A stretch of 64,000 nucleotides of DNA from Antedon mediterranea (taxonomy: Eukaryota; Animalia; Echinodermata), in NCBI RefSeq assembly GCF_964355755.1, contig NC_092673.1, forward strand, positions 11,504,948 through 11,568,947, in the 5' to 3' direction. A program made the translations under genes and the position numbers. The notes beneath the pieces were generated by a model. That model saw nothing but the letters and a program-made list of their open reading frames with translations. It ran no database searches and had not been told where the DNA came from. Positions within the stretch are counted from its first letter, which is position 1. Each line of letters starts with the position of its first letter. Shown here one piece after another: positions 50,765-63,900 of the stretch.

Positions 50765-52771
50765 TAGGTATCCCAATGAAAGCGCACAGAGGGGTATCAC
50801 TTTTGAAATATTGACGAAATTCGAAAAAGTAGTATGACTTTGATGTTAAATAAATCGTATTCAATCTTAATTAATACTTACAAAATTTATATTGTTTGAA
50901 AGTACTTGTTTTAATCTATGTATAAGTGTGTTTATAATTAAAATTAATGAATTAGTTGCCGAGAAAATGCGATTTTAAAACGGTTCTAAAATCCCGTCGA
51001 GCCGATTTCCGCGCGTTGAAAACCTCATCGGAAAATCCCCATCAGTTTTCAAAACACGATCGCACGATTACCATTGGAGCTAGCGGATTAATTTTTGTTG
51101 TATGTTATCAGGCTTTAAATAAGCTTTAATTTGATACGAAAATCGTCTTCTATAAATAGGTTTTTCGTAACGAAAAGTCAATTTTTGTGACAAAAATCCA
51201 ATTTTGATTCACCGTTTATGGAAATATATTATGGATTTTGGTATTAAATTATAGCTAAATCTACATTGAAATCGATAAAACATAGTTTACAAACGTATTG
51301 TGCATGGTAATTGTGCGAACTACATTTTAAAATGGTGCATGAGGCGTAAATCCCGTTCAAAATTTTAAAGATCCAACCATTATAATCCGGTGAATATTGT
51401 AGTGAGTAAAATATTGTACTCTAAAATACGCGCGTGTTTGTTGTGGCGTTTTCCGTTAAATACATTAATGCACCCTATCTGCGAATGGTACGTTCCATAT
51501 TTTGAACACGTTGTTTAGTTTTCCTCGCTCGAGTTCGACCGGCTCGACGCGAGATGTGTGACAGCAGCGATGTCGGAGATTGACATGTCCTTTTCCGTCG
51601 TAGAATATCTGGTTTTACACATTAATTTAACAACTTAAAATTGATGTAATGTGCGGAAGATTTATTATGCAAGTATACAATGCAAATGCGTTAGGTTAAA
51701 ATGTACCGAGGAAATTTATTAAGCTAATTTACCAACGTTACATTTGACTCTGTATACGGCGGCCGAAAGTCATTAACTGCGACCGAAATACTTTAACGGG
51801 AGCGACTACTGATCGCGAGTAAGCCGTGACTTGGCCTAAACTTTAGCTCCGTATTTCAATTTAATAACGTAATAATACGAAAAGAAAACAATTTTTATAA
51901 TGTTATATATACTATTCAGGTAAAAAATTAATTGTTTTAATTAACATTGATTATTTTAAATGAGTTTTTTTTTACCCATATTGTGCGTTTGCCTTAAAAG
52001 AGCATATCTTACTTAGCTTAGATTTGGTGTCATAATCATATGGGCCTAAAATCTTGTTTTACGTATTCAAAAGTTATATATAATAGTATTTATGATTGAA
52101 ATTATAAATATAAAGTATATTAAAATATTCTAATAATTATACTTACCGAAAATTAGTGTAAAAGAAAGGAAACAGTACACACCGTTTTTAACATACTTTT
52201 TCATTTTTTTTTTTATAATTTTAAATTTCACCATTAAAAAAATTTTTTTTTTTCATATACACATCTAAAATATATTTATTAATGAAATATACACTACATT
52301 CTAACAAGTACAAAAAAAATTAAATGAATTAGTACAGTAGTTCAAAAGTTACAGATCATTGAAAAATTGCAGTTTTTTCATTTTTTAGGGAATTCCAGCA
52401 AAAATGGGCGTTAAATGCTTTCCTACCACTTTGCGGACCAATAATTTAAAAAATAGGTTTCGTTGAGGCTCCAAAAAAAATAGAGTTGTACAACTCTGTG
52501 ATATCTATAGGTTTAACAAAATTCAAAACTTTTAACTAATTATTGTAAAAGTTATAACCTTTTAAAAATGCTTCCAATTTCAACTGCAAAAAACACCATT
52601 TTTAGGCAAAAAATCGTATATTTTTTTACCACTTTAAATAACCATAACTTTAGAACGGGTAATCGGATTTCAATCATTTAAATTGCAAAATGCTAATTAC
52701 ATTAAGTTCTTTATGGTTAACTGAAAGAAAATGTAAAAAAATTAATCTGAATTTTTTCATTGGGATACCTA
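50765..52771 (+). mobile_element. Non-autonomous TIR DNA transposon, copy 1 (TAGGTATCCCAATGAAA ends, 7-bp TSD GTACAAG)
   Basis: 17-bp perfect TIRs with GTACAAG on both sides. A near-identical inverted copy lies at 58630-60651. Confidence 0.9.
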
Positions 52772-53019
52772 GTACAAGGGTCCGTTAAATGAGCGTTTAA
52801 CGAATATAAAAACGATCTGTTAGGTCGGCGTTTAACGGACGAAAACAATGGACGTTGTTCTTCCGTTGTACGCGTTAGATAGTAAATTCAATTTCATTGT
52901 ACAGTATTAACCCTGATACGCTCTGCTGAGTACAGACCGCCCAACTCATTAACGTTTTGCATATTATTAACGCATTTAAAAGTCTATTAACGGAGTAAAA
53001 ACATTTGGGCACGCTCCCT

Positions 53020-53497
53020 TATAATAGTCCTAAACTATGGAATTTATTAAGTACTTCATTAAAATCTCTACCTAATCTACCTTTGTTCAAATCTAACCTA
53101 AAAAAGTCAGCATAATGGCAGTTAAATCTCCTGTTCTTGTTCTTGTTTCCTTTCTTCTTCGCTTAATTGTTTTCATCTTAGTAATACTAGTACAATTGTC
53201 TTAGCACTTAGCTACTGTATTTTTATTGTAAGCCGGACTGCTATTACCTACTTTATTTATTTATTTACTTTTTTTACTTAATTTTTTTTACATTTTTTAT
53301 CCTTTCTGGTAAACCCTTTTTAACTGGTGGTCATGACTTAAAGTTTTCCATAACTTATTTTGACCTCCATCTGCACATTTGTGATGTTTTTATGTTTATT
53401 GTAATTTTTAAGCTATGTTTCTATCTTTTTCGTATTTTGTAATTTTTTTTTTATTTTAAAATGTGTTGAAAAACCAATAAAACAAACAAACAAACAA
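53020..53497 (+). mobile_element. 3' terminal fragment of a CR1/L2-group LINE
   Basis: Reads YNSPKLWNLLSTSLKSLPNLPLFKSNLKSQ (a typical GPxLWNxL...FK..LK ORF2 end), followed by a T-rich UTR, AATAAA and an (AAAC)n tail. Confidence 0.7.
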
Positions 53498-53993
53498 TAA
53501 TTATTATTAGTAAGAAAACGTATAATACTGTAGTATTTCAAACAAGCTACCCTCTGATTAATGATGGAACGATCCATTTGATAATCTGAATCTGAGTTTT
53601 CTAGATCTAGAAAACCCAGATATCTGAGATCTAAATTTTTCTAGACACCAACATTAAAATGCTAAAATATTAAAAGAGGGATTCTCAACCAAAAATATTT
53701 GGCACATTTTTATACAGCCGTAATTGTGAATTTTCATTCAACCCATCAATGTAACTATCAATCAATTGTTAGCAAAATCAGAGATGATGAACTTGGAGCT
53801 ACTGGTTGATTTGGGATTTCAACTGCTAGCAAAGTTGATTTAATGTGCACTTAGCTTTTTCTCATTGCTGGGTTTTTAAATAAGTGCATTAAACAGGGAT
53901 TTTCTGAGGAAATTATATAAGAAATTGCGACAGGTTTGGACGAAAAATTTGTTTACTTTAACTTGCTTGTTAATATTATTTTTTTTTCTTTAG

Positions 53994-54075
53994 AAATATC
54001 TTCTTGGAAAAGCAAGGGGCGAAACCGCCAAAGGCTACCAAAACAGGCACAACAATTGCTGGTGTTGTGTTTAAG
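53994..54075 (+). CDS. PSMB7: PSMB7 exon 2 (NIFLEKQGAKPPKATKTG|TTIAGVVFK), containing the propeptide cleavage site and catalytic Thr1
   Basis: tttctttag|A AAT ATC...AAG|gtaaaa, 82 nt, phase matches exon 1. KTGTTIAGVV is the beta2 signature. Confidence 0.96.
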
Positions 54076-57000
54076 GTAAAATACTGTAAATGTAGCAATT
54101 TTTACTAAATGTACCAATTTTTACTAAATGTACAACAAAAATAATGTTCAAGATTTTGTAACTCTCATTAATTTGACAGATAGAGAACATAAAAAATTAA
54201 CTAGATCTGAACTCGTCACTTTGACAATTTAGTTATCCGACGAACCATGTGCACATCATACGTTAGAATATTGCGCACAATAAAAAAGATTATGCCATTA
54301 TGTTAGTGTATGCTCTCTTATTTTATACAGTGTACACTAAATTCTGTATACATATTATGTACCGTGTAGCATAGGTATAAATTACGGGACCCGCCTTTTA
54401 TTCCAATTTTTTAAATTTCAAGAAAATAATCTGAGCAAACACATATTAACATGTTGAAGGGATTCGAATACGTAGAATATATATGCACGCTCTTTTAAAT
54501 GTGATGAACTATGACGTAAATGATGAAAATCCGACTTTTTTTAAATTCAACTGGCCATTTGATGACATCACAACATCTGATTGGCAAAATGTTCACATGA
54601 ATTCGTATACAATCCAATAGCTTCCAGAAAACGTTTTGATCATGATTATAACTTTTTATTCTGACGAGCTATAACAGATTGAAATTTACTGTAAAGATGA
54701 AAATAAGTGACCCACGTTATTCAAATTTTTAGACATGATGACGAAGATAATTGATAGACCTAGACAAATTAAACTCTCAGGGGAAATGTATACGAATAAG
54801 CAAGATTCGTTCTATTAAATGTAATAAGCTATGACGAAAGAGACAAAAATCCTATATTTATAAAGATTTACAATACATTGTATTATAACTCACAGATTAA
54901 CACTAAAAATGGCCGTCCTCCAAGATAAATCATTTTAAAACATGCTTAATGATTTAATGCAAGATTATCAATTTTGGAGAGATCCAAGTTTTAACTAAAT
55001 AATCGCTTTGATTACACAGTGGTTGAGACGTTTTTAATAGTTATCACATTTTTTAAACACCCTCATAATTAATGATCTGCAGCAGCAAAGAACAATAGAT
55101 CGTATATCGCACGAGGTTGTTGTGGCGGTGTTTTTTTTTTTGTTTTACTGTAGTACTACGATCCGATTATGAACATTGTTAACACTTAACAACGCTTGAC
55201 TGCCAAACACGAAGATCTTCGTGTTTCGCGTTTTTTTTTTTACGAAATCCGGTAGATAGGTTAATTATTGGTATATAAGTATGGACACTATGTTCGGTCT
55301 GGACCGTCAATATTTTACTATTTGAAAGTAACTAATCTGGTTACGAACGACTGTCAAAATGGTACCTGTCGAAATAACATACACCGCGCATCACAGTAGC
55401 GTGTAGAGCAATTGCTTGGCACATTGTGTATCGGTCGCGCGCTAGCTATGCCGCCGAAGCATTACAAAGGTTTTTGTGGATTGGCATGTTTGTTTGCTAT
55501 CTGAATAAAAAATAATGGAATCATTTTCAATATGAAGTCATTCATTTTATTATTGTATTATACCCTAATTGTTTTGGTGTTTCACTGTAAGTGGCCGAGT
55601 TTCACGCAACAAACTTGTTTAGAAATGGTATGGATATTATCATCAGTTTTTAGCTAGGCTAGCCTAGGCCTAGTCGTAAAACGGATCCGGACCAACTTTA
55701 GGCCTGGTTAACTAGGCCTGGTGGGTTTACTATGTGGATTTTGGCGAAACATTAATGTAAGATTTATGATTTATAAAATGTAATACATTTTTCGATAGTG
55801 ATAACTTGTTTTTATAGGCCTATCGGTGCCGTGTAAGTAACTTTTTTGTTGTTTGTTCAGGGATGTCACCACGCTGGTCGGCGCTGGTCGGCCCCGACCA
55901 GCACTCAACATTTCCGACCAGGATTTACAGGCTGCCGACCACCACTATTATTTATTAATCGTTACGATATTTCTTAGGCCTAGGCCTAACTAAAATTCGT
56001 ACTAAAACATTTTACCTAGCACATCGTTAATAACAGACAAGCTAGCCTCATATAGATAAGACAAAAGACTACAGCAAATGTTTCCGTGGTTACGTACGTT
56101 ACTTTATTTGTAACACAATACCAGGCCTACCCTGCCCTGGTATTCATTGTTACAGCTTGTGAGTCATGGCGAACAACGTGCTACACAGCACAGTGTACAA
56201 GTTTAAAGTTCACATAGCGACCATTCAAGCGTTTTATTTTGCACAGATTAAAAATACAAACAAGTACGCAGTAATTAAAAATGTATAACTACATAGACCC
56301 AAACAAAATCTCTTTTAATTGCTGAATGTTTTGTCACCCTGCTTTAATTATATTATGTTACTAGTTTTACATTTTTGTACTCTACGAACTATTAAAAAAA
56401 ATAAAAAAAACATGCGCATGGTTCAGTGAGACCGGGCAAGTTCGTTCGTTTATGATCGCCGAGCATGGTACAATGATTACACGTCCCTGGGATAACTTCA
56501 GGTTGCTGAACTTCAGTTAACCCATAAACACGTGTCTCTGTTCTTGCCGGCCATGCACTACATGCTTGCCGCACAGTTGTGAAACAAAAAATCCAGAATT
56601 CGCGAATACGCTAAAAAACTCTCGCGCAAAAGAACACGAACATTATATCGAGCAACAAGTAGTAAGGTCTAGGCTAATAATTTATCTACATTATTTGATT
56701 AGGGATTAGGCCTAAATAAAGAAGCGCCCGTTTTTGTGGAATTCAGATTTTGGGTTTTGGGGCATCTATCTAAGCCTTGGCTAGGCCTTAGTGGTCGTAG
56801 TGTCTACAAGGCAAGGCTAGGCCTAAGCCTGACGCGATCTATTGCTATTTAATCTTGTTTAACAACGTCGTACACTAAATTAACGAACGCGTTTTTACCG
56901 ACCTCAAAGAAATGGTATAGTCCACAATACATGTGCAGAGCTGAGAGAGAGAGAGGGGTCGGCGTCCGTCCGTGTTTTGAAGTTTATATTAAAAAAAGCT

Positions 57001-57303
57001 TTAGAAATCGAAACTCGGAAAATAACTATAATTTATATTCTACTACATAATGTCATTGGCTTGAATTTTACCGTGGTTGAAACCCTGTGTATGAATAGTT
57101 GTAGGGCCTACAAACAAACTGTTTTTTGGTATCATTTTCTCCGTTCTATCACTCAGAGTAGTTTAAGTAAGGTGCACTTTAAATTGAAATACAGAATCAA
57201 GTTTAGGCCAAGATACAGCGTATACATATAACGGCAACTCTTTTCAAAGCGCATTTCGGCCGCCTACATAGAATGGATTACGGCCACTGCATCGCAAATT
57301 TAA

Positions 57304-60300
57304 AGGGGGATTCTGGGTTTAAAATTGCTTTTAAATATCGTTTATTTATTAAATAAAAAATATTATAACAATATAGACATGTCAGAATGAAGAAGTAATA
57401 ACGAGAAAATAAAAAAATTAAATTTCATATACATTTTAGGGTAAATTCATGGAAAATCTGTTTTTCAGCAGCTTAGGGAAGCTCATTAATATTCATGAGA
57501 TATTCACAAAATCACGTCATCAGTGGATTCCAAACTCGCGACGTCAAGCTTGTACGTTGTGTTCTCTCTCCTGTCAAACGACGACCACCCGATCATTGTG
57601 AAATACATTTTTTGTAGATTTGCTAAGCTAGGCCTAAAGTGTAATAATACTGTAACAGTAGTAGCATATATTTATTTGACATTTAGGCCTAATGAAATAC
57701 AAAATTTAGTACAGATTACGGAGTCATAAATTATACTATTTTTATACCTCGAATTAATAGTACAGATCGTATATCGGCTTCACGTACTAGGCTAGGCCTA
57801 GCCTAAATCATTTTATTCATGCCGGGGTGAGAGCCATTTCTGACTAGGGATTCCATGCCACGATGGCTACGTTAAAACATTGGGGCCATCATTCATGGGC
57901 CTAGCTAGCCTATTACTAAACGATTGGCCCATAAATAACAAAACTCAGTGGATTCCAAACCCATCCTATCAACCAAACTCCTAAACAATCTAAACCTAAA
58001 ACGTTCTACAAAAATCGGCTGTAAATATTGAGGCAAAACAAGGTCCGATCGCCGTCCGCACGTATGGTGTCCCGATCGTCTAATAAGTAGGCCTAGTTTA
58101 CTCTCCAAAAAAGCGGATACTGCATCAAGCAAGTAGACCGGTAGTAGGAAGGAGACCTAGCCTAGCCTAGCCGATCCGGCCCAGTTAAAAATTGAGCTAG
58201 CTAGTGTAGTAGACCCTATGCGAATTGATACTACCAGGCCTTTTACTTAGGCTACACTTGTTAAAATTAGCAATACTGTACTTATGTTTACAAATATTCC
58301 AACTCTCTCATTCGAGCAGATATTATCTATACCATTCCGGTAGGTTGAGTCGACCTTCAATCAAATACTGTACATCGTTCATGTTGTGATTATAGATGGG
58401 GTATACTCGACCCGACCAGTTTGGTATTGTATACTGTATCTGCTTATCACGTGACGATGCCAGGCATGGGCAGAGAGAGCACGTGTATCGTCGTCTCGCT
58501 CTCCTCGCTCAGCAGGAATGTATACGTTACGCTTCATTGATTTTGAAGGCTTTCCCTAAGTCAGTGCGAAAATCGGCAAACGTAAAGTGCAAACTTATCT
58601 AATTTTTCACTGTTTTGATGGATTTTCATTAGGTATCCCAATGAAAAAATTCAAATTAATTTTTTTACATTTTCTTTCAGTTAACCATAAAGAACTTAAT
58701 GTAATTAGCATTTTGCAATTTAAATGATTGAAATCCGATTACCCGTTCTAAAGTTATGGTTATTTAAAGTGGTAAAAAAATATACGATTTTTTGCCTAAA
58801 AATGGTGTTTTTTGCAGTTGAAATTGGAAGCATTTTTAAAAGGTTATAACTTTTACGATAATTAGTTAAAAGTTTTGAATTTTGTTAAACCTATAGATAT
58901 CACAGAGTTGTACAACTCTATTTTTTTTGGAGCCTCAACGAAACCTATTTTTTAAATTATTGGTCCGCAAAGTGGTAGGAAAGCATTTAACGCCCATTTT
59001 TGCTGGAATTCCCTAAAAAATGAAAAAACTGCAATTTTTCAATGATCTGTAACTTTTGAACTACTGTACTAATTCATGAAATTTTTTTTGTACTTGTTAG
59101 AATGTAGTGTATATTTCATTAATAAATATATTTTAGATGTGTATATGAAAAAAAAAAATTTTTTTAATGGTGAAATTTAAAATTATAAAAAAAAAAAATG
59201 AAAAAGTATGTTAAAAACGGTGTGTACTGTTTACTTTCTTTTACACTAATTTTCGGTAAGTATAATTATTAGAATATTTTAATATACTTTATATTTATAA
59301 TTTCAATCATAAATACTATTATATATAACTTTTGAATACGTAAAACAAGATTTTAGGCCCATATGATTATGACACCAAATCTAAGCCGGGCTGCTAAGTA
59401 AGAATAAGATATGCTCTTTAAGGCAAACGCACAATATGGGTCAAAATAAACTCATTTAAACTAATCAATGTTAAGTAAAACAATTAATTGTTTACCTGAA
59501 TAGTATATATAACATTATAAAAATTGTTTTCTTTTCGTATTATTACGTTATTAAATTGAAATACGGAGCTAAAGTTTAGGCCAAGTCACGGCTTACTCGC
59601 GATCAGTAGTCGCTCCCGTTAAAGTATTTCGGTCGCAGTTAATGACTTTCGGCCGCCGTATACAGAGTCAAATGTAACGTTGGTAAATTAGCTTAATACA
59701 TTTCCTCGGTACATTTTAACCTAACGCATTTGCATTGTATACTTGCATAATAAATCTTCCACACATTACATCAATTTTAAGTTGTTAAATTAATGTGTAA
59801 AACCAGATATTCTACGACGGAAAAGGACATGTCAATCTCCGACATCGCTGCTGTCACACATCTCGCGTCGAGCCGGTCGAACTCGAGCGAGGAAAACTAA
59901 TCAACGTGTTCAAAATATGGAACGTACCATTCGCTGATAGGGTGCATTAATGTATTTAACAGAAAACGCCACAACAAACACGCGCGTATTTTAGAGTACA
60001 ATATTTTACTCACTACAATATTCACCGGATTATAATGGTTGGATCTTTAAAATTTTTGAACGGGATTTACGCCTCATGCACCATTTTAAAATGTAGTTCG
60101 CACAATTACCATGCACAATACGTTTGTAAACTATGTTTTATCGATTTCAATGTAGATTTAGCTATAATTTAATACCAAAATCCATAATATTTTTCCATAA
60201 ACGGTGAATCAAAATTGGATTTTTGTCACAAAAATTGACTTTTCGTTACGAAAAACCTATTTATAGAAGACGATTTTCGTATCAAATTAAAGCTTATTTA

Positions 60301-60956
60301 AAGCCTGATAACATACAACAAAAATTAATCCGCTAGCTCCAATGGTAATCGTGCGATCGTGTTTTGAAAACTGATGGGGATTTCCCGATGAGGTTTTCAA
60401 CGCGCGGAAATCGGCTCGACGGGATTTTAGAACCGTTTTAAAATCGCATTTTCTCGGCAACTAATTCATTAATTTCAATTATAAACACACTTATACATAG
60501 ATTAAAACAAGTACTTTCAAACAATATAAATTTTTTAAGTATTAATTAAGATTGAATACGATTTATTTAACATCAAAGTCATACTACTTTTTCGAATTTC
60601 GTCAATATTTCAAAAGTGATACCCCTCTGTGCGCTTTCATTGGGATACCTATTTTCATAGAAAATTGACTTTATAAATGGGAAGACCAACTAAAATTACA
60701 TCAGATAAGTATAATTTTACAAAAGTAATTGATATGGTTAATGATAACGAGTCGTCGGAAGATTGACCATTTCACGAATTTCCTATTCTGTAACCACAGT
60801 GTGATTTTGCCGTAGCTGCACTTGTAATCTGGCCTCATTTCACAGCCTTCGTTCTGCTTCACTGGGCGCTTATATAAATTGAAACTTTTACCGTTCAAGA
60901 GACAAACAAATATATTTTACATTTTTTACTATTCATTTTAAACCCGGAACCCCCCT
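57304..60956. mobile_element. Kolobok-type non-autonomous element interrupted by the 58630-60651 insertion
   Basis: TTAA|AGGGGGATTCTGGGTTTAAAAT...ATTTTAAACCCGGAACCCCCCT|TTAA: 22-bp TIRs with 2 mismatches and a TTAA TSD. Confidence 0.78.
58630..60651 (-). mobile_element. Non-autonomous TIR DNA transposon, copy 2 (inverted; 7-bp TSD TTTTCAT)
   Basis: Reverse complement of 50765-52771 over its full length with few differences. It has its own distinct TSD. Confidence 0.9.
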
Positions 60957-61499
60957 TTAAAGCTTCTTAAATTCCTTCAGTACATTTATTCCTAACGTAC
61001 TTGCTTTTTATAGTAGCTTGATAAATACTCCACTTATTAAATACTTTTATAAATCGGTAAAATTGACGTTTCGAAAATGAAACAGTCCACTGCAGGATAT
61101 CCAATCATAATTTAACGTGCTAATACATGCATGCCCTGCAAATTGCCTGGGCGACCGTAATTTAGTAATAAGCTGAGAACTGAACCCCCTGCAAGGAAAA
61201 TGGTAAACACTTTTATTTTCGATAGGGATTATTTTTTTAAGTGGTTGGTCTTGTTGGCCTTGGTCGCGCGACAACCACGCAAAGACAAATAAAACAATGT
61301 AGTTTATCAAACAGAAATATAAATTAGCTTCAATTCAATACTAAATTAGCCAGATTTTGATAATGAGAAAGACTCAAAACTTTATAAAACTTTACATTTG
61401 AGGCGGATGTACATAATAATAATAATAATAACCAATTTACATATCAAAATAAAGAGTATTTAAAGCCTGAAAACATGCAACAAAAATTACTCCACCACC

Positions 61500-62000
61500 T
61501 ATTATGGCCGCCAAGCGATCGTGTTTTGAAAATGGGTAGGTGTTTTCCGAAGTTATTTTTAGCGCGCGGATTTCGGCTCGCCGGCTTTTGTACCTCCTTT
61601 TTAACTCGCGTTTTCTATTAAAATATTTAACAAACATAGATTAAAAATATATTTAAATGAACTCTTAAACAAGATCTTTCTAGACATATAAATTTTATTC
61701 ACATGGCTACATAAGAAATAGTATATTTTTAACTTAAAAGACATGTCACTTTTTAAAACTTTCTGAAATTTTACGAACGTGTTCAAATCGCGAAGATCTG
61801 CTTCATTAGGATACCTACTATAAATAGGTTTTTCGTAACGAAAAGTCAATTTTGAATCACCGTTTATGGAAAAATATTATGGATTTTGGTATTAAATTAT
61901 AGCTAAATCTACATTGAAATCGATAAAACATAGATTACAAACGTATTGTGCATGGTAATTGTGCGAACTACATTTTAAAATGGTGCATGAGGCGTAAATC
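61500..62000. mobile_element. Diverged sister-family end (TTCATTAGGATACCTA, ending 61817) fused to an internal fragment of the 2-kb family
   Basis: 61515-61817 is a diverged homolog of 60355-60651. 61818-62000 closely matches ~51149-51350. Confidence 0.65.
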
Positions 62001-63597
62001 TCAAAATAATGATTAAAACCATATAATTAAAAACAGACAAAAAAATGTAATTCATAAAAATAGGGGAATAATTGAAATAAATGTGATTACTGCAGACGTG
62101 ATGTAGAGTTCGTAATTTCTAAAAACTATAGAGCGCCACCAACGGAATCAATTGCAAGTATGATACAAACAAACAGGACAAACTTGGTTAAGAGAAAAAA
62201 AATATAACTTTAATCCTGATTATCTTGCTCTTAACATGCATACAATATCGCTGTCACTTCGTTTCGAGAGGGATTCACTAAATATGAGAAAACAATAATT
62301 AAACATCAATCAATGAACATTTGGGCAGCACCCGTGCTTTAGCAACATCAACTAATTAACAATTCTAAGTCCTTTATCAATACAATATACACTAAGTATA
62401 GCAATTTCCTTATACAGTATTATTATTCAAACAACATACAATAATCAAATGGACCCGTCTCAACTAGGCCCTAATCTCTGCACTAGCGAAACACAGTACT
62501 GTAAGCAACAGTAACACGCCGTCATAGGCTAGGCTTTAATTTAGGACTATAATAGCTAGGCTTACAAAATTTAACTAATAACATTAACATTCAATAACAA
62601 GATAATATAATTATAACTCCAAAGCTCACCGAAGTTTTGTGGCTCAATAGAAAACCTTTACGAATCTACAATTTCTAAATAATATCTTTAACAAACTTGA
62701 AACTAAAGGGCAAGGCACAACCACGCTGCATACATGAAGGCCGCCATGATATTTCTCCAAGACAACCAGCCTAGCACCCTCACTAGCTCAGTTCAATGGG
62801 AACGCTATACGTAAGTTTGCGCGTCAGGCAGTTGGTCAGATTTTAAAAATTACTTGGGTTCGAATATCTAACAACTAGCCATCAGCACAAGCTAGTTCGG
62901 TTCAAATTTATGTTTGCAAGCGTTCTCAATGAACTTATTATAAAGTACAAGTTACGTGAGAGTAGGGCAAAACATAAAAAACAAAATACAAACTTATTCG
63001 AACACAACTACACAATTATAATGTCAAATATCTTGGAGTATGAACATATTTGGACACCGCATATAAAAGACTATTCGTTCTATAGTGTCAAAGGTTAATG
63101 TAACTATAGGACGAATAGTCTTTTTTCCAGCTGCTAAAAGGTAGTTCTAGTCATCCCATTATGCATGTCAAGTTTTTTATATATATATTATATATTTTTC
63201 CTCGGAAGTGCATTCGTTTTTGTAACATTAAACTGGAGTTTTACGTACATTCATAACTTTAAATAGTTTGATTTTTAATTCTGAGGAAAGATTATTAGGT
63301 TTAGAAATATTCTGGTGTTACAATTTGCACTATGTGTTTATTTTGAAATAAATAATATCACTATCAGTATCAGCATTTTAATAATATTATTAACTCGTCA
63401 GAACGTGCTGCCAAATTAAGTGACCTAGCCTTGTGCATTACAGACCACGCGAACATAATTTGGCAATTTCACTTCATTTGGCGTTACAGGGCCTGTTTCT
63501 ATTGAAAAATTTAAAAAAATAATTTTTGGGGTTTTTTTGAAAACCGGTTTTGGCAGTTGTTTATAAATAAAGATCGCGTTGCATCTCAATTTTCACT

Positions 63598-63900
63598 TCA
63601 ATAAAACCGGTTCTGTCCATATGCGTTCGTTTGAATGACGTCATTATATACCACAATGCAGTTCGTTAGGCGGAAACGCGATTCGATCGAGGTCATGTTT
63701 ACTTTTTTTCGCATTGCGCGATCCCCAAGAATTGCATCCATTTCGTCATAGGGGCAGGTAATCATGTCATTATTGCCTGAAATGCTATTGTGGTCCTTGG
63801 TTAAAGTATAGGTACGTTGCACCAATATTGTCAAGTTGAACTTGTCTAGCTTTCACACGCTTTACAAATTTCTTATAAACATGTGAGTCTTTCTTCCCCC
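63598..63900 (-). pseudogene. Myb/SANT-like (trihelix) DNA-binding ORF remnant, Harbinger-associated type
   Basis: KKDSHVYKKFVKRVK, then a frameshift, then KDHNSISGNNDMITCPYDEMDAILGDR, resembling the KDHN..SG..R.TCP.Y.E.D.ILG motif. A GGGCCTGTTTCTATT TIR-like end at 63489 interrupts a repeat also present at ~26245-26510. Confidence 0.65.

Noticed and set aside
56392-56574. Cys/His-containing ORF as a hAT zinc-finger remnant near a CAGGGATGTCA end at 55858
   Set aside because: The similarity is too weak to support by eye, and no matching right TIR was found.
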